64,000 nucleotides of DNA from Geosiphon pyriformis uo1 (GCA_016748015.1 JAAOMT010000046.1:372001-436000); one strand, 5' to 3'; shown: positions 14,201 to 29,135, numbered from the stretch's first letter. Notes: generated by a model not told the origin, from the sequence alone. Translations and numbers: made by a program.

Positions 14201-17200
14201 ACATATACTGTACTCAGTAAACACAAAAAAGAAACTATTCTATATTTTTTTCAAATATATCAACTACAAAAAAAAGCTTTTATTCATAAGAGCTTGGATA
14301 GTGCCAAATAAGAACTACTAAATACATATCTGTTATTATTGCAAATCATGCCATTAAAAACGTTTTGGTTATCTAAAATGACAAAGAAAATGGAACAATA
14401 AACTATGTCTTACTTGTGAAAAAACACTATTTGACAAAAAAATATTTCTGGTCAAGAGGAAATGTGTGACACATCATGTTAATACATGATTTTTATTAGT
14501 AATTAGGTAAGCTAAGAAACACTTTTTAACACTACATAGAACCAAGTACTCTTTTGCTTAAATAGCTATCTACACAACAAAGACAAAATCTGGTAAATGG
14601 TAAGTGCCAAAGTTAAAAACATTTTGTCTAGTAAAATATTGGTAATTAAGAACAATCTTTCAGAACTGGTTAAGATCATTTTTATATCCAACCCAGACAT
14701 ATTTTTTGATATCTTAAGCAATTCAAAACAATTTTATGAAAGACTTAGCACCCACTAAAAAAGAGCAAGAGCAGCGTTTAAAATAGTTAAATACAAGACT
14801 TTGTAAACATTGCCTAATTTCCAATGACTTTAAATATTGTGATAATTGTGATTTTATCTATAATCTACCACTATACATGATCTATTCAATTTCTAAAAAA
14901 GAAAAACCAATCAATAAATGTGTAGTAGAATTGAAATCAAAATTTAATCCTGATTTAGACTTTAACAATAATAACAACAACAGCTCTAATTCTGTTTACT
15001 ATGGCAACAACAATGATAATTCAAACTCTAATTACAATTCCAAACAATATATTGTGTTTTCAGATCTTTCTATGAAGCAGAAACTAAAATGGTTCAGCAA
15101 TAACAATAAAGCTATTATGTCAGAATATATACATAATACTAATATAAAATTTAATCTTAGATATTCAGGAAAAACTGCCATCAGATTGAAATCACATTTG
15201 CACACCAATATAGATCTAAAAATAGCACTGAAAATTTTAGCAACAACAATAATTCAACTAATCTTTAAATTTAATTTAGTAAAAAAGAGAATTAATATCA
15301 AAAGAAGAATAATTAATGCAGAATATGTAAGAAATATCATTGTAATACTACAAAATAACTTGAAAAAAAGATATATAATTAAACTAAATGAAAAGATAAC
15401 ACAGACAATATTCTTGTCTTTGGTTAAAATAGCTTAATTAATATTAGTAGAAACAAAGAAAAAATTAAGAATCACAGCCAGAGAAAAAAATGGATTTAAA
15501 TCAATGAGTAGAATAAACATATTAGTTAATATGGCAGAAAAGGAACCAATTAATAAGAAAAAAATTATCTCCATCAATTAATCAGTTTTTATTCTACTAT
15601 ACAACTAGTATATGTTAGTAATAGAGAGAAAAGTGAAAGACCAGTCTCAGATTTTTAAAGCAGAACCAACTATTTGTAAATCAAAGAAGATTGGAATTAC
15701 CAATTTTAACATACTGGCCAAGAACTATAAACACATTAAAATTTCTATCTACAATACAACTAAAGACATCATCAAAATACCAAACAGAACTATTATTAGA
15801 TATTTAAGCATAAAAGTTAAAAACCAACTACCAAACATCATTCCAGATTTTTTATAACTGTGTAGATATGTAAATATTATATTACAAACAATATACAAAG
15901 GAAAAAATGTTATTTGCTTTAACTAAAACAATTGGAACAAATGAACTTAAAAAACTTAAACCCATTCTAATATATACAATTTAAGATGCTACTCAACAAT
16001 TTTACTAATATATTTGTCAGTAAAAATAAATTTGACAGAACAGACATTATCTAACACCAAATCAAAACTGGAGATACAATGTTAATAAAACAATAAGCAT
16101 ACAAAATACTACTAGCAAGCCATGAAATCATCTAACAAGAAATCAATAGAATATTGAACAATAAGTTAATTTAACTATTTATAAATCTATGGTCATTACC
16201 AATAGTACTAATCTGAAAAAAAAATAAAAAAATCCACTTTTGTGTAGATTACAAAAAAATTAACAGTATTATCCATGGAGACAGCTATCTACTTTCATGA
16301 ATTTAGAAGTTATTTAATGCTTTTGAAGAAAAGAAATAGTTTTCTATATTAGACTTAGACAGTGGTTACTGACAAGTAGCCATAAAATCAAAAGATAAGA
16401 AGAAGACTATATTTACAACCAAAAAGAAAAATTTTGAATTTGATATTATGCCATTTAGTTTAACCAATATTCCAGCCATCTTTTAATAACTTATGGAAAT
16501 TGTATATACTGAATTACTATGGAAATCAGTAGTAGTCTACTTAGATAACACCAATGTGTTTTCCAAAACATTCAATAACTATTTCTACTATCTACAATAA
16601 GTGTTTAAAAAACTAAGAAGAGCTGGACTAAAGTTAAATACTACCAAGTATTTTTTTGGCAAAACAGAATTCAAGTTTTTAGAACATATCATAAGCAAAA
16701 ATGGCATAAAAATGGATCCAAATAAGATTAAAATAATTAAGAACTTTTTAGTATCAATTAACTTGACAGAACTAAGAGCATTCTTGAAATTCATGGAATA
16801 CTATTATTATTTTATCCAGAACTTTTCCAAATTGGCTTAACCATTTTAACAGTTCTAAGCAAAGAATATAAAATATGAATGAATAAAAATCTAACAAAGA
16901 GCTTTTGACATCTTGAGAAAAAAGCTTATTTAAGCACCAGTACTAATCTATTTAGATCATAACAAGCTATTTATTATTATTATTAATGCATTAGGTCAAG
17001 CATTAAGAGCTATACTGTCTCAAAAAAAATCAGATAGAAGACAACATTCAATAACATATGCCAACAGAAGTTTAAATCCAGCTGAAAAGAACTATAAAAC
17101 TTCAGCATTAGAATACTTGGCTATCTATTAAGTTGTCATTAAATAAAAGAAATATTTAAGTTAAAAGTTTAATGCATACACTAATCACAAAGGATTGACA

Positions 17201-18047
17201 TTAATTCAGAAGCAAAAATTTAGAGATAACTGCCATACAAGATAGAAAATAAAACTATTACCATTCAATTATATAGTACATTATAAAAAGAGAAAAAAAA
17301 ATAAAAATGCTAACAGTTTGTTATAAATAAAACAAATCTAAAAACAGTTCAACCCAAAAATATAACAAAAAAATGAACACACAAAAATATTAATAACTTC
17401 AACATTTTATCAATACTCAACAGTTTAAAAAGAAATTATCTCAGAAAAAACAAAACAACATAAAACAACAAGCAAAATATTTTATTACTTACCAAAATAT
17501 ATTATACCAAAAAAACAGAAAATACTCAAATCAGCCAATTAGAGTAATTACAGAACCAGAAAAAAAAACAATACTGTTCAACATGTATTCAAATCTAACA
17601 GCAGAACATTTTTATAAAGAAACAACAATAAAAAAACTAAGAAAAAATATTATTGGCCATTCATATATCCAGACATTATCTAATATGTTCAAAATTGTAA
17701 TACTTATTAAAAAAAGAGAAACAAGATTTAGTAAACTGTTAAAACCAATCAAAGTAAAACAACTATTTGATTAAATTGAAATTAACTTAGTCAGATCATT
17801 AACAATAATCAGCAGAAGTAATTGTTATATAACAGTAGCTATGGATTATCTCAAAAAATAGCCAGAAGTAAAAACAATCCAAAGAGCAGATACAAAATTT
17901 ATAGCCGAATTTGTTCACCAAGATTTAATTTACCAACATAGATGTTTAAAAAAATTATTATTAAATCAAGAAACTCACTTTGTGAACAGAACATTAACAG
18001 AATTAAGTCAAAGATTTAGAATCAAAAAACCATTATTATTATTATAC

Positions 18048-18689
18048 TGTTACAGTTGAAACCCATAATTTTTATTAGTTATCATATGTATTAGTTACTG
18101 ATGTCATATAATTAGCCACTCTATTTTTAGATAGTGATTATTGACCTGATCAATGACCTGACTGTTGACCATTTTCAATAGCTATATAAGTGATGAGTTT
18201 CTTAGCTGTAGAAAATCATCTCTTAAACAAGAATCAAATAAATAAAAATAACAACTTTCATTTTAATCACCCTCTTATCACCAATTTCCCTTTCTCTACC
18301 TTTAAGTATCTGAACATCTTAGGATAAAAGATTACTTGTTGGCCTTTTCCTGTTTGAATAATTGTAGTATTTGAAGACTATTTGTATAAACATAACTGAA
18401 GAACACAAGTTGATACCTGATATTGAATTCTAAGAGCACTGATGTAAGACATAGAATTATACCAGTGGTGATCAATTGTTGACAGTATGGACTATCCCTC
18501 TACCTTCAGATTCCCCAATTACCTTTGAAAAAAATAGTGACTGAGATATTTTATGAGACTGATCTCACACATTGAATCCATACTCATTCAATTCACTCTT
18601 TAAAGTTGAATTCCCCTTTGATTATTTCCATCACTTTACAATCCTGTTCTCTCTTGCTATCCATTAGCTTGTTACTCCAACCCATAACA
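18048..18689 (+). mobile_element. Solo LTR (642 bp, separate family) inserted in the Gypsy-0 integrase
   Basis: TGTTAC...ATAACA termini and a perfect 4-bp TSD ATAC (18044-18047 / 18690-18693). It splits the PYHPQTNG motif. Internal TATATAA (~18183) and AATAAA suggest + orientation. Confidence 0.88.
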
Positions 18690-20110
18690 ATACTATCTAT
18701 AGACAAATGGCTTAGTTGAGAAATTCAACAAAACATTATGTAAAATAATAACCAAGATCAGCCAAAAAAACCAGAATAAATGGGATTTGTTTATATTATC
18801 AGTATTATTTGCTTATTGAACAATGAAACAAGATACCACATAAACAACACCATTTGAATTTGTTTATAATAGAACAACAACAATATTAGTTGAGATAGAT
18901 ATCAACATATATTCAACAAAACCAATAACAAAAGTTAACTTTCAAAGAATATTGTTAAGAAAAACATATAAGTTAATAAAAACTTTGGAAAACAAAAGGC
19001 AAACAACAACTGATAATATACAAAAATCATAAGCAAAACAAAAAAAATAACATGATAACCAATTACCAAATAAATAAGTTGAATTTAGAATTGGAGACAA
19101 AGTACTATTACATTATACCAAAGCAAAAAAACAATAAAATAGAAAATTTGACTCCAAATGGAATAGACCATTTTACATTAAAAAAATTCTAGGAAATAGA
19201 GCTTATAAACTAAAATAAAACAACAAAATCTTAGCTAAAGCAGCACATAGAAATTAATTGAAAACATATCACAATATAGCATTATTATCTACCAGTAATA
19301 TTTTACAACTAAGAGTACAACAAATACTAGTCCAACCAGATGAAATTTCACAAGATTTAGAACCAATCATAATCATCAATACAAATATGTCAAATTAATA
19401 TAACAAAAAAGTATATAAAAAACCAATATATAATAAAAACAAAAGCAAAAAAATAGAAATTACCAATAATATCTATTCACTTACATAATAATTGTTTCAA
19501 CTAATCTAAAACTAACAACAAAACATAAAAATTACAATCAATTAACAAACCATTCAGTACAAAGATAGAAAAAAAAAGCCAAACCACTAACACAAAATAC
19601 ACCAAAAATTAAAAAACATAGTAAATAATATACTAGCAAAAGTAAAATTATCAATAGAAACACCAAGAACAATAACACTATATAAAAAATTAACAAAAGA
19701 GAACTGGATATAATAAACACAACAATTTCCAAGAAACTTTTACTATTATTACTTGAAACAAAATCTTAATATTCAGAACTTATATATGGATAAAACAAAA
19801 CAATTGTTTGATATAACAATATTGTATCAACTTAAACAATTTGTAAAAAACAACAACTTATTCACATAGACATAAGTCATATATTAGTTATAAGCAGGAT
19901 TTTAAAATTAACCAAAAATACTACTGTATTTAACAATGAACACAGTAATCATTAATCAATTAAGAAAAATTACCAATATCCAATTTGAAAAATTATAGAT
20001 CAAAATTTCTCAAATAATTTTCAAAAAAAAAGTCAGGAAGTTAATTCAAAAAGAAGAATTAGAAAAGTTAAGAAATTTCAATAGAGCTCAATATTAAAAG
20101 AAAAAAATAA

Positions 20111-21012
20111 TATTACTTATAGAAATTTATAAATTCTTAATAAAAATATAAAAGTAGCCAATTAGAGATAGATATAGTAAAAAAAAATTTCAGGATTTCT
20201 CTCAAGAAATTGCAGAATTTCAGAAATTTCAGGGTTTTCTTTAAAGAATTACAAAATTCCAGAAATTCTGGAATTTTTGGCTAAAAAAATTAAAAAAATC
20301 CAAGAAATTTTATATAATAGTAATTATGTATATATAACGAAAGTATTAGAAAAAAAAAAACAGAATTTAGTTTAAAAAAAATTAATTATCTAATATACAC
20401 AACCCATTAATTATTTCATACTTTTTTCTTTAAAAGATAGTTTTCTATAACTTAAAGTGAAATCAAATCACATATCAATAAAATATTAATTACTACTTGA
20501 ATCTATGTTATTACCACTTGATTAAAGAAATATTAACCACTTCCATTCTATCAACACTTTATGTTGATAGAATCTAATACTTAACTATATTAAACCAATA
20601 GCTCTTAATTATAACTATTAATGAAATACTAATTTCTTATTTTTTTTCATTTTCTTTTATTTTTTTCATTTTTTTCATTTTTATTTATTGTTTACTAATT
20701 GATTAAAAGATTAACATATACAGTTATTGACATCAAAAAAGACCAGTAAAAAATTCAGGAATAAGAATAGAAACTTAGAATTTGAGAATAACTTACCAGA
20801 AAAAACCAGCCATTAAGCTGAGAAAAAAATTCATAGAATATAACTTCAGAAAAGTACTAAAACAATTATTGAATCTCTGTTTATTATACAAAGAACTCAA
20901 CCAAACCTTTAAATTACAAAAATTTTCAGATATTACTAATAATTACTAGTCATTAAACACCAAGTTACAGGTTTGTTATATATACTAATACTCTAAATAA
21001 TTATTTGTAATA
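20111..21012 (+). repeat. Gypsy-0 3' LTR
   Basis: Direct repeat of 10385-11262, preceded by a decayed PPT. Confidence 0.85.
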
Positions 21013-24000
21013 ATATTAAACTGACTATAAACCAATAATATAATCTAACAGAATTTTTAACAAAATTTTTCTAGCTATCTTAATAAGTGCAATAGGCAGT
21101 GTATTTGTAAAAATGTTATCTTAATTATAAGATTTAAAAATCATCAAAATTTACATTTTTTTCTAAAGATTTAAAATGTTGTCAAAAGCCAAGCAAAAAT
21201 TTAATAGATTTAAAAAACATCTTATTATTATGTTGCTACAATGTTTTTAAAGTTTATTAAATATTTTAGATAAATTAATGATTTATTATCAAGCAAATTA
21301 TCAATTACAGAACCAGTTTATCTATATTAATCTTATTTATTATACTAGAAAAAGCATTTTTTTTCATATAACTCAATAGTGCATATTATTAAGATTACAA
21401 ATTAGGCAATACTATAAATATTTTTTGCTTTTTTATTTAATTTATTATAATTTTATTAACTTTAAGCTTTATTTTATCTGGCTTCAGAAATAACTTCTTT
21501 TTAACTACTAAATAATTCAGAATTATTTTATAAAAAAACTGTTCCAACTCACTTCTTATTATGCTTTTTTTATCAGAACTAAAATTTTTTATTTATTTCT
21601 CAATTATTTTATTAATAGATGTATTTTTGACTATTACTAATTCATAATACTTGGATTTTTTATAACTTTTCTTGATTTTTAAACAATGTTTAACAATATT
21701 TGTATATTTTAAATTATTATTAATTATGCCAGCAACTTTAGAAGCTTTAACTTTATTAAAAGCTAATCAGATTTTAAAAAACTAATTAAACTTAGATCCA
21801 ACATCTAAACACAAACTTTTAATCATTTTGGCAATTAACAATTCAAGTTTAAAAAACTTCAAAAAGTGTTTGTTCTTTAAACAATTAAACATATTAAGTT
21901 AATGTTTAAAAAAAACTTTATTAGCCAAATTCATTATTATTTTTCTTAATATCTCTTATATTACATTTAAATTTCTAAAAATTTTTGTATTTATAAACTT
22001 ATCTATTATTGCCAATAATTTATCAAAAAAACATTTTTCAAAATACACTTACTTAATTTTATTTGCATTTTTTATTTTAAATTTTTAGCAATTTTTATTA
22101 ACTTATTTGTACATATTATTTAAATAGATATTTAAAAAGTTTTCTAAACCAATCAAAACCAAAACTGTTTTGTAATCAGTATTAAAAAAGTTAAATATAA
22201 GGTCAACTTATGACCAGTAATTATAGATAACAAACTTTTGTTTACAAAAATATAATCTATAAGTTTTTCAATACTTTTAAAGTTGTTTTAAGTAAAAGTT
22301 TTTTCAATAAGTGTTTATTAAATAAATTAACCAGACCCAAATACAAACAAAACCTAAAATTCACATTTTTCTTAAATCTATTTTTATTGAAAACCCTATC
22401 CAAAACCACAAAAGTATTAAAATTAACTGCTTTAGTAATAAAAAAGTTGATTTTCAATGTTTAATCAAATCTAGTTTTAGCAAAAACATTAATATACAAA
22501 CTTAAAATTATAACTAAGAGTTTACTTTTAAACAAAAGCTGTACTAAAATAATTTAATCAGAAATTTTTTCTATTTTTGAAATATGTTAAACTAAAAAAC
22601 TCTTTATAATAATTGTTATTTTAGTACCAAGAAAACTTTTGTTCAAACCAAATATAAAAATTTAAATTCTATTAAACTTGTTTATAATTTATGGTTTAAT
22701 ATTAGATTTTAATTTTGTTTCTATAATAATAGAAATTATATTACTCAAATTTACATGTTAACAAATAATATTATCTTGCTTAATAGAAACATTAATACCT
22801 TAAACATTATATATAGCAATTTTTCAGATTAAATTAATTATTAAAATACAAAGTGACTCAAATTTAAACCAATATTGTTTACTTTAGCCAACAGATTTAT
22901 AATCAAACTAGACAAAATATTTATATTCTTTTCTAATTTTGAAATAATTAATTAATAAAAAAAACTGCTCTTACAACAATTCTGTTACTAATAACTGTAT
23001 CTAAACTTTCACTTATTATTGTATTTGCTTCTTAATTTTGTAATAAAAGAATTACTAATAGCTAACATTCAAAGTTAAGTTAAAAAACTATTAGTTTAAG
23101 TATATCTAATCTTTTAACCAACTTGTTAACTTGTTCTGAGAGATTAACAAAACTGTATTTAAGAATGACAAATCTATTATTCATTTTTATAAACACTAAT
23201 AAAAAGATTTTATATCTAAAAACAAATTAATACCAAAAAAAACCAAAAAAACCACACAAAAAAAACCACTAGCAATTTGTGCTTATGTTTTATTATCAAA
23301 AAAAACTTAATAAGCAATTAATGTTTATGTTTTATTATCAAAAAAAACTTAATAAACAACTAATGTTTATTTTTTTTATATATGCCAGCTAAATATATTT
23401 GATTTTGAAAAATAAACAGCTTTTTAATGTAACCATCTGAATTTTTATTAGTTAAACATATACCAAAAACATAACCAAATTGTATATACTAAGTACAAAC
23501 AACTAATAACAAGCCAACCCAATACAAATTTACATCTTTAAAAACTAGAGTAAAACTAATGACAGCTCTTTTTAATGTTTTATTAGCAAAATAAACAATT
23601 ACACACTTGTTATGTTCATACATGCTTAAATTACAACCAATAAAGCAAGTTTTTTTATTATATAATGCCAAAAAATTAAAAAGATTATAAAAAACAGTAT
23701 TAACAAATAAAATATATAATAAAATTCAATATTAATTCTTAGACATTTATGTTTATTTGTTATTAACAGTCTTTATTACATGCATAAAATTTTTTTTTAT
23801 AAAAACTAACCACTTAGCTACAATTAAATTAGCAATATTAGTAAATTCAAATTCAATCAGAGTTTTTTTACCAAAGACTAATAAACTGTATTTTAATTAA
23901 CACAATTCTACTAAACTTAAAAAAAACTAATTCTACAGCTGATTTAAAAAAATCAACTGAAATTTTCTTGATAATTATTTTTTAATCTGTACAAGTGTTT

Positions 24001-26029
24001 ACTTTTCTAATATTATTATTGACAAAAATTTTCTTACTAATAGTTCTCTCTTTAGTCTTATTCAAACTTAATTTAGAAGTAAATAATAATCTAATAATAC
24101 CAAAAAATTTTGAAAAAGTAAACATTTTTCTAAAATTATTAACATTAGCTTATTATTAAAAGTTTTTTCAGATACAACAAAAAACTCAATATTTAATATA
24201 AAAAATTTAACCAAGTCAAAATTTTATTTTTTCAATACACGTAATTTAACCAATAGTAGTTGTTAAAAACCAACAAATTTAGAAAATAAAAGTGTTAAAA
24301 TATCTTTACTATTGCTTAATTTATCAAAGAAAAGATTTTTCAATAAGCAATCTAAAATATACATTCTAATATATATTTTTTTAAGTGTGGCTTTATCTAT
24401 GTTCTTATTAATTTCTGAATCATTTAACTTAGTATAATTAGTTTCCTTAATAACTGTATTTTTTATGTTTTTTACATCTAAAATTTTATTAATACTACTT
24501 ATTTTGTTGATAATTTTGCTACTTTAAAATTTAATAAGCTTAATATTAATAACTTTTATATTAGCAAAACTTAAAAAACCAACAAAAATATTAACCAAAT
24601 TACTATTAACATTAGATTTTTTTGGCTTTTTGTAAAAAACATTGTAAGAATACATACTCTTAATATGTTTTTTCTTTGTGCCAAAACAGATTTTCAATTT
24701 AGTTGAACCAAAAGCAAAACTATTCACAGAAAAGTCTAATAGTTTTATTGTTATAAACAATAATATATTAAAAGAAATAACTGCAAAAATAAAGAGAAAA
24801 AGATAAGAAAAAAATTATTTTTTTAGTAATTTTAAACTCTTGTTATAACCAGAAAATTTATGAAAACAAAAAATACTATTAAATAAATTTAAAAATATAA
24901 TTTTAATTATTATAAAAATTAAATTAAAAACAATATATAAAATAAAGTAAAAATAAAATTTCAGAAAATAAAAATATTTTATTTTAAGTAAAAAGAATAA
25001 TTATTTTAAATTAAAAATTGCTTTAATAATTTTATTAAACATATTTACAAAGTTACAAATATTAATAAACAATTTTTTAATTATATTAATTAATTTGTAT
25101 ACAAAGACTTTTTGAAAAAAAAATAGTTATGTTTATAAGTATATATATTATTATTAATAAAACTATTAAGAAAAGTTTTTGTTATTTTAGAAAATAATTT
25201 TAATAAAAATAATTTAAAAAACAGTTTATTTGTTAAAAAATATAAGAATTTAAATATGTATAATGCTTTATTAAATAGTTAGTTTAATAAAAACCAACAT
25301 AATTTAACTTTATATACTTAAAGTTAATGATTTTGTTTTTAATATTATTTTTTCTAAATTGTGTTAAGCTTTAACTTGTGTAATGTGCCAGATTGCTATT
25401 ATTTCTTTTCAAAAGTAATTAAACAGATCAGCAAATGAGAACTTAATAAGTAGCAATTTCAACAAGCTTTTTGCAAAAATCTCCTGCTTAAGGCGTTTTA
25501 TATCGAACCATATTTTAAATATGTTGACAAATGGTGTATTCTAGAAAAGGGCTTCAAAGAGTGTTATAATCGAGTTATGAATGATGCTTTCCAATATCTA
25601 GCTCGGTAAGCTAATCAACGCCCGAATCTCTAGTCCAAATAATCCACCTGAGTTTTCTCGTTTGATCAAATATTTAAAGTATAGGAAGAGGCGCGATTTT
25701 TGTTAATCAATGAGCTGAAGGGTTAAGTAGATTTCAAGCGGAAAAATAGTCCATTAATGATATTCGTACTCAGAGATAAGTGTAGAGAAGATTATATTTT
25801 TATAATACAATGGTTATCAACCAACTCCCAATTCTTGTGTGAATTGGAATCATAATTAACATTATTGTTCCATATAAAGTGTCTAGAGGAAAACACAATG
25901 GTTCAATATTTTCAAATAGGAAAGGGCAGAAAAAAGCCCCCTGTTACGAGTCAAAAGAGAAAGATGAAAAGTGAGAGCTTCCAGTGTGTCGGAATCCTGT
26001 ACTTGCCATAGAAACGTGATCTGAATGAT

Positions 26030-28126
26030 TTAAATAGAATTTCCGAAGTTGAAACCCCCTTGCGGTTTGCTCATCTCGGTTTGAAAGGCGAACTGACCGG
26101 TGGACGTATCCATCTGCGGTGCTAGACTGGCATCCTCTTCTGTATCCTCTGAAAAATATTCATCAATAATATGATAAGCTTTCTTATAAATTTCCACATT
26201 ATCGTGAGTTTGAAGATTGTGGATTTTCTCCATGCCGGCAGCTTCTTCGATGTACAAAGAAAATTGGTTTATCCCATCAACCTTCTCCAACTCCCCAACT
26301 TTGAGAATATTTTCAATTCCATCAAGAGCCACCTGAATTATCTTGTTATCCATGCAAGTCAATAGATCACATAATGGTTTTATGCAACCTTGACTCACAA
26401 GATATCTAATCTGTTCAGGCTTGTTTATTCCCCCAGATGTTGCGTTAGATATTGCCCAACATGCCTCTTTGCGCGTCTTGAAATCAGCGTGGTGCAGGAT
26501 ATTAATAAGTGGGGGTATAATATTAGCGTCTATAACAGCCTGTATTTGAGCACAGTTCCCCGCGGTGATATTAGAGATGGTCCAGCATGCTTCTTTACGA
26601 AGGCCATCTTTTGGACTTGACAAAAGGCCTAAAAGAGCGTTGAGGACGCCACAGTTGATAATAACTTGTGTTTGCACATCATCACCGGTGACAATGTTTC
26701 CCACTGTGCGCAAGGCCGGAGTCTGAACTGATGTGGATGAATGCCTATCCAAAATTTGATATTATTACTCTATGTTATATTTTGTATTGAGTTTTTTGTA
26801 GAGAACATACATTAATAACTCAACCAAGCGACGGCAGACCCCAGATTCAATAACCGCCTGTATTTTTTCATTTGGGCCGTCAGACAAGTAGGAAAGTGCC
26901 CAGCAAGCATCTATAAGAACTTCATCATCAATTGAATAGATGAGCTTCGCAAGGACAGGAAGAGCTGGAGCGATCTATATAAAATTTAAATTAGTTGATG
27001 CACCACAATAAATTGGAATCTATGAAATATTTAATATTTTATTACCATATCCCATGCTGGTGGAGGATCTTTGCCTCGGCAGAAGTTTGATAATGTCCAT
27101 GTAGCATTTCGCAACATGGAGAGTTTGTGATGCTCATTCAAGATTGCTAGCAATGGACGAAGGGCACCGGCATGTAAAACATAATCCCTACAAGAAGGGC
27201 TATCTCCAGCAATGTTTCCAAGAGCCCATACTCCCTTTCATATTTGGCACGAGATGAATTTAAATTCGAATTATTATAATGAGGAAATAACGCAATGAAC
27301 CTTTCTTCCTGGAAGGACGAAAGTCTCTATATAATAGCTACCTGTTCTTTTACATCAGGAACTTGACTACTTAACAATTCAACGAATATAGGCACGGCAC
27401 CAGAGTCAATTACAACTTGTGTCTGTACCGAAGATCCTGAAGCAATATTTGTAAGAGCCCAGGCAGCCTCGAACTATAAAAAATATCAACAATTAAGAAG
27501 ATTTCTAGACAAAGTGGTTAGGGAATATTCGATTTCATTAATTGAAACTTGCCTGAACCAGAGAGTGAGGAGACTTCAAAAACTCAACAAACCGAGCTAC
27601 AACTCCACATTCAATGACTTGTTCGATTGGAGGATTTCTCTCTTTTGATAATAACTTCCTGAATCTTGTTGTCGCCTGTAACTGTTCTTCTAGATTGTCT
27701 GACAAGATCCCCTCTATCATTGCTGGGAGTTGTTCTTGTAACTAACCAAAATTGAAAGCTCGGTTACATAAAATTACTCGAAAGGATAACCAAATAGGTG
27801 GAAGTTTATATAATAGGACGTCAACAAAGTTTGGTAGGTGTAGGATGGGAGAGCTTTTCTTATAATATCTCTGCTCCGAAAGAAAGAGCTTTCGCTTGCG
27901 ACTTGAGAAAAAAACCAACCTGGGCGTTAATCGCAGCCACAATAGATTCATCGTCGGAGTCAGGCGAAGCTGGGATGTTAAAGTTTCGGCGCTTGGCAAG
28001 TGATTCTTCGCGATTTTTACGCCGGATCTCAATCTGTTGTTCTTCGCGGCGCCGTCGTAGTTCATCAGATTTTAGAATACCTTTTGATTTAAAGGCGTTT
28101 TTTCGATGTTCTGGAATTTTTTCCAT
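26030..28126 (-). CDS. SRP1: Importin subunit alpha (karyopherin alpha), 531 aa. Exons 28126-27920, 27741-27553, 27473-27342, 27234-27046, 26974-26811, 26744-26030
   Basis: IBB domain ([27 protein letters not shown]) and ARM repeats ([63 protein letters not shown]). The exons sum to 1596 nt in one open frame with 4 GT-AG introns and 1 GC-AG intron. Confidence 0.97.
27474..27552 (-). other. GC-AG intron (intron 2 of importin alpha, 79 nt)
   Basis: CAG|GCAAGT donor and TTTATAG|TTC acceptor restore the conserved VQ-FEAAW. Confidence 0.8.
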
Positions 28127-28328
28127 GTAAAAAATGTCTGAAAATTACAAGGCAACTGATGAAGCAGCTAGTCACTTTGATTTATTATGAAAAAATTTGT
28201 TACACACCAGCAGGAAGCCCGATTTCTGCCCATCATGAAATCCTATTTCCTTGATAAAAAATTTTCAGTTTCAACACTGAAAGCGACTTGTTTTATTCTA
28301 GTCAAGAATTTTGAGTTATAAAAACCAA

Positions 28329-28393
28329 CGTTACACGACTTCATTTTGATCATAGTGAAAATACGCGAAGGCTTAAGAATTGCCGTTACACGA
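28329..28393 (-). promoter_or_regulatory. Candidate promoter element: two copies of CGTTACACGA upstream of importin alpha
   Basis: Exact 10-mer at 28329-28338 and 28384-28393, ~200-270 nt upstream of the ATG, inside the CpG-retaining island. Confidence 0.35.
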
Positions 28394-29029
28394 GTCCATG
28401 TAATGAAGTAAAATCGTTCATTTTTTTTCAATTTATAAAATGTTAACTATATACAACTTTTTTTTAACATAACATAAAAAAAAACATTTTTTTTTACATT
28501 TTTATGACCACATCTAAAGCAAAGAGTAACTCCTATTTTTTCTTTGGTTTTTAATAGTAAAAAGCCCTTTAACAATAAAAACAATGCTTTTTTTAAGTAA
28601 TAAAAATTGAGAACACTCTTTTTGTCTTTAATTAGAAGTAATTTTTTTTTTAAAATTCTTTAAAGCAGTTTACTAAAAGTTGTTTTAGTGTTGGTATTAC
28701 CACTGCTAAAGTCTAAGAGCTTTTAACCAAAAATCAGTAGTCAAGTTAATGTTTTTTGTTTTGGCTTTTTTTATTATCAAAATTACTGGATCTAATTTTT
28801 TTAAAATACCAAAAAAAACTGTATTTTTTAAAATATTTTTATTGTTTTAAAGTTTGTTTTTTCTTTTTAAAATATATAATGTTGATTTTTTCTTAGTTTT
28901 GTTTTATTAATATTAATTGTAATATTTAATCTTATTATTATAATTGAAAATCATAATTTTTAAAATTATATATATTAATTATTTGATATTATATAATTAG
29001 TTATTTTATTTTTAAATAATAATTATTAA

Positions 29030-29135
29030 TCTGATTATTAAACTAATTATTAATTTAATTGTTAACTTATTTATTAATTTTTTTTAATAATTATATAAGT
29101 AATGAATTTTTTAGCTATAAAAAATAATAAAACTT
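29030..29135 (+). repeat. Decayed fragment of the 18048-18689 LTR family
   Basis: aataattatataagtaatgaattttttagctataaaaaat matches aatagctatataagtgatgagtttcttagctgtagaaaat. Confidence 0.55.

Larger units (their letters stand above)
10385..21012 (+). mobile_element. Gypsy-0: degenerate Ty3/Gypsy LTR retrotransposon with dUTPase
   Basis: LTRs 10385-11262 and 20111-21012; PBS TGGTGC at 11265. Remnants of gag, protease (~13620-13900), dUTPase (~15090-15510), RT (~16000-16850), RNase H and integrase. TSD ACAT/ATAT. Confidence 0.9.
7410..24880 (-). mobile_element. Old, heavily mutated full-length LINE (ORF1 ~22600-24760; ORF2 EN-RT-RNaseH-Zn), split by Gypsy-0
   Basis: RNase H remnant FNIYTDNLLK...LSLIISKLQTIVLIL (8567..8830) and EN remnant (22257..22457). 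The flanks at 10384/21013 rejoin into sequence homologous to 54620-54700. Poly-T (A tail) at ~7411-7419. 5' boundary approximate. Confidence 0.8.

Noticed and set aside
27742-28431. ORFs 27742..28065, 27798..28130 and 28243..28431
   Set aside because: Alternative-frame, antisense or promoter-region ORFs around importin alpha exon 1, with no recognisable motifs.
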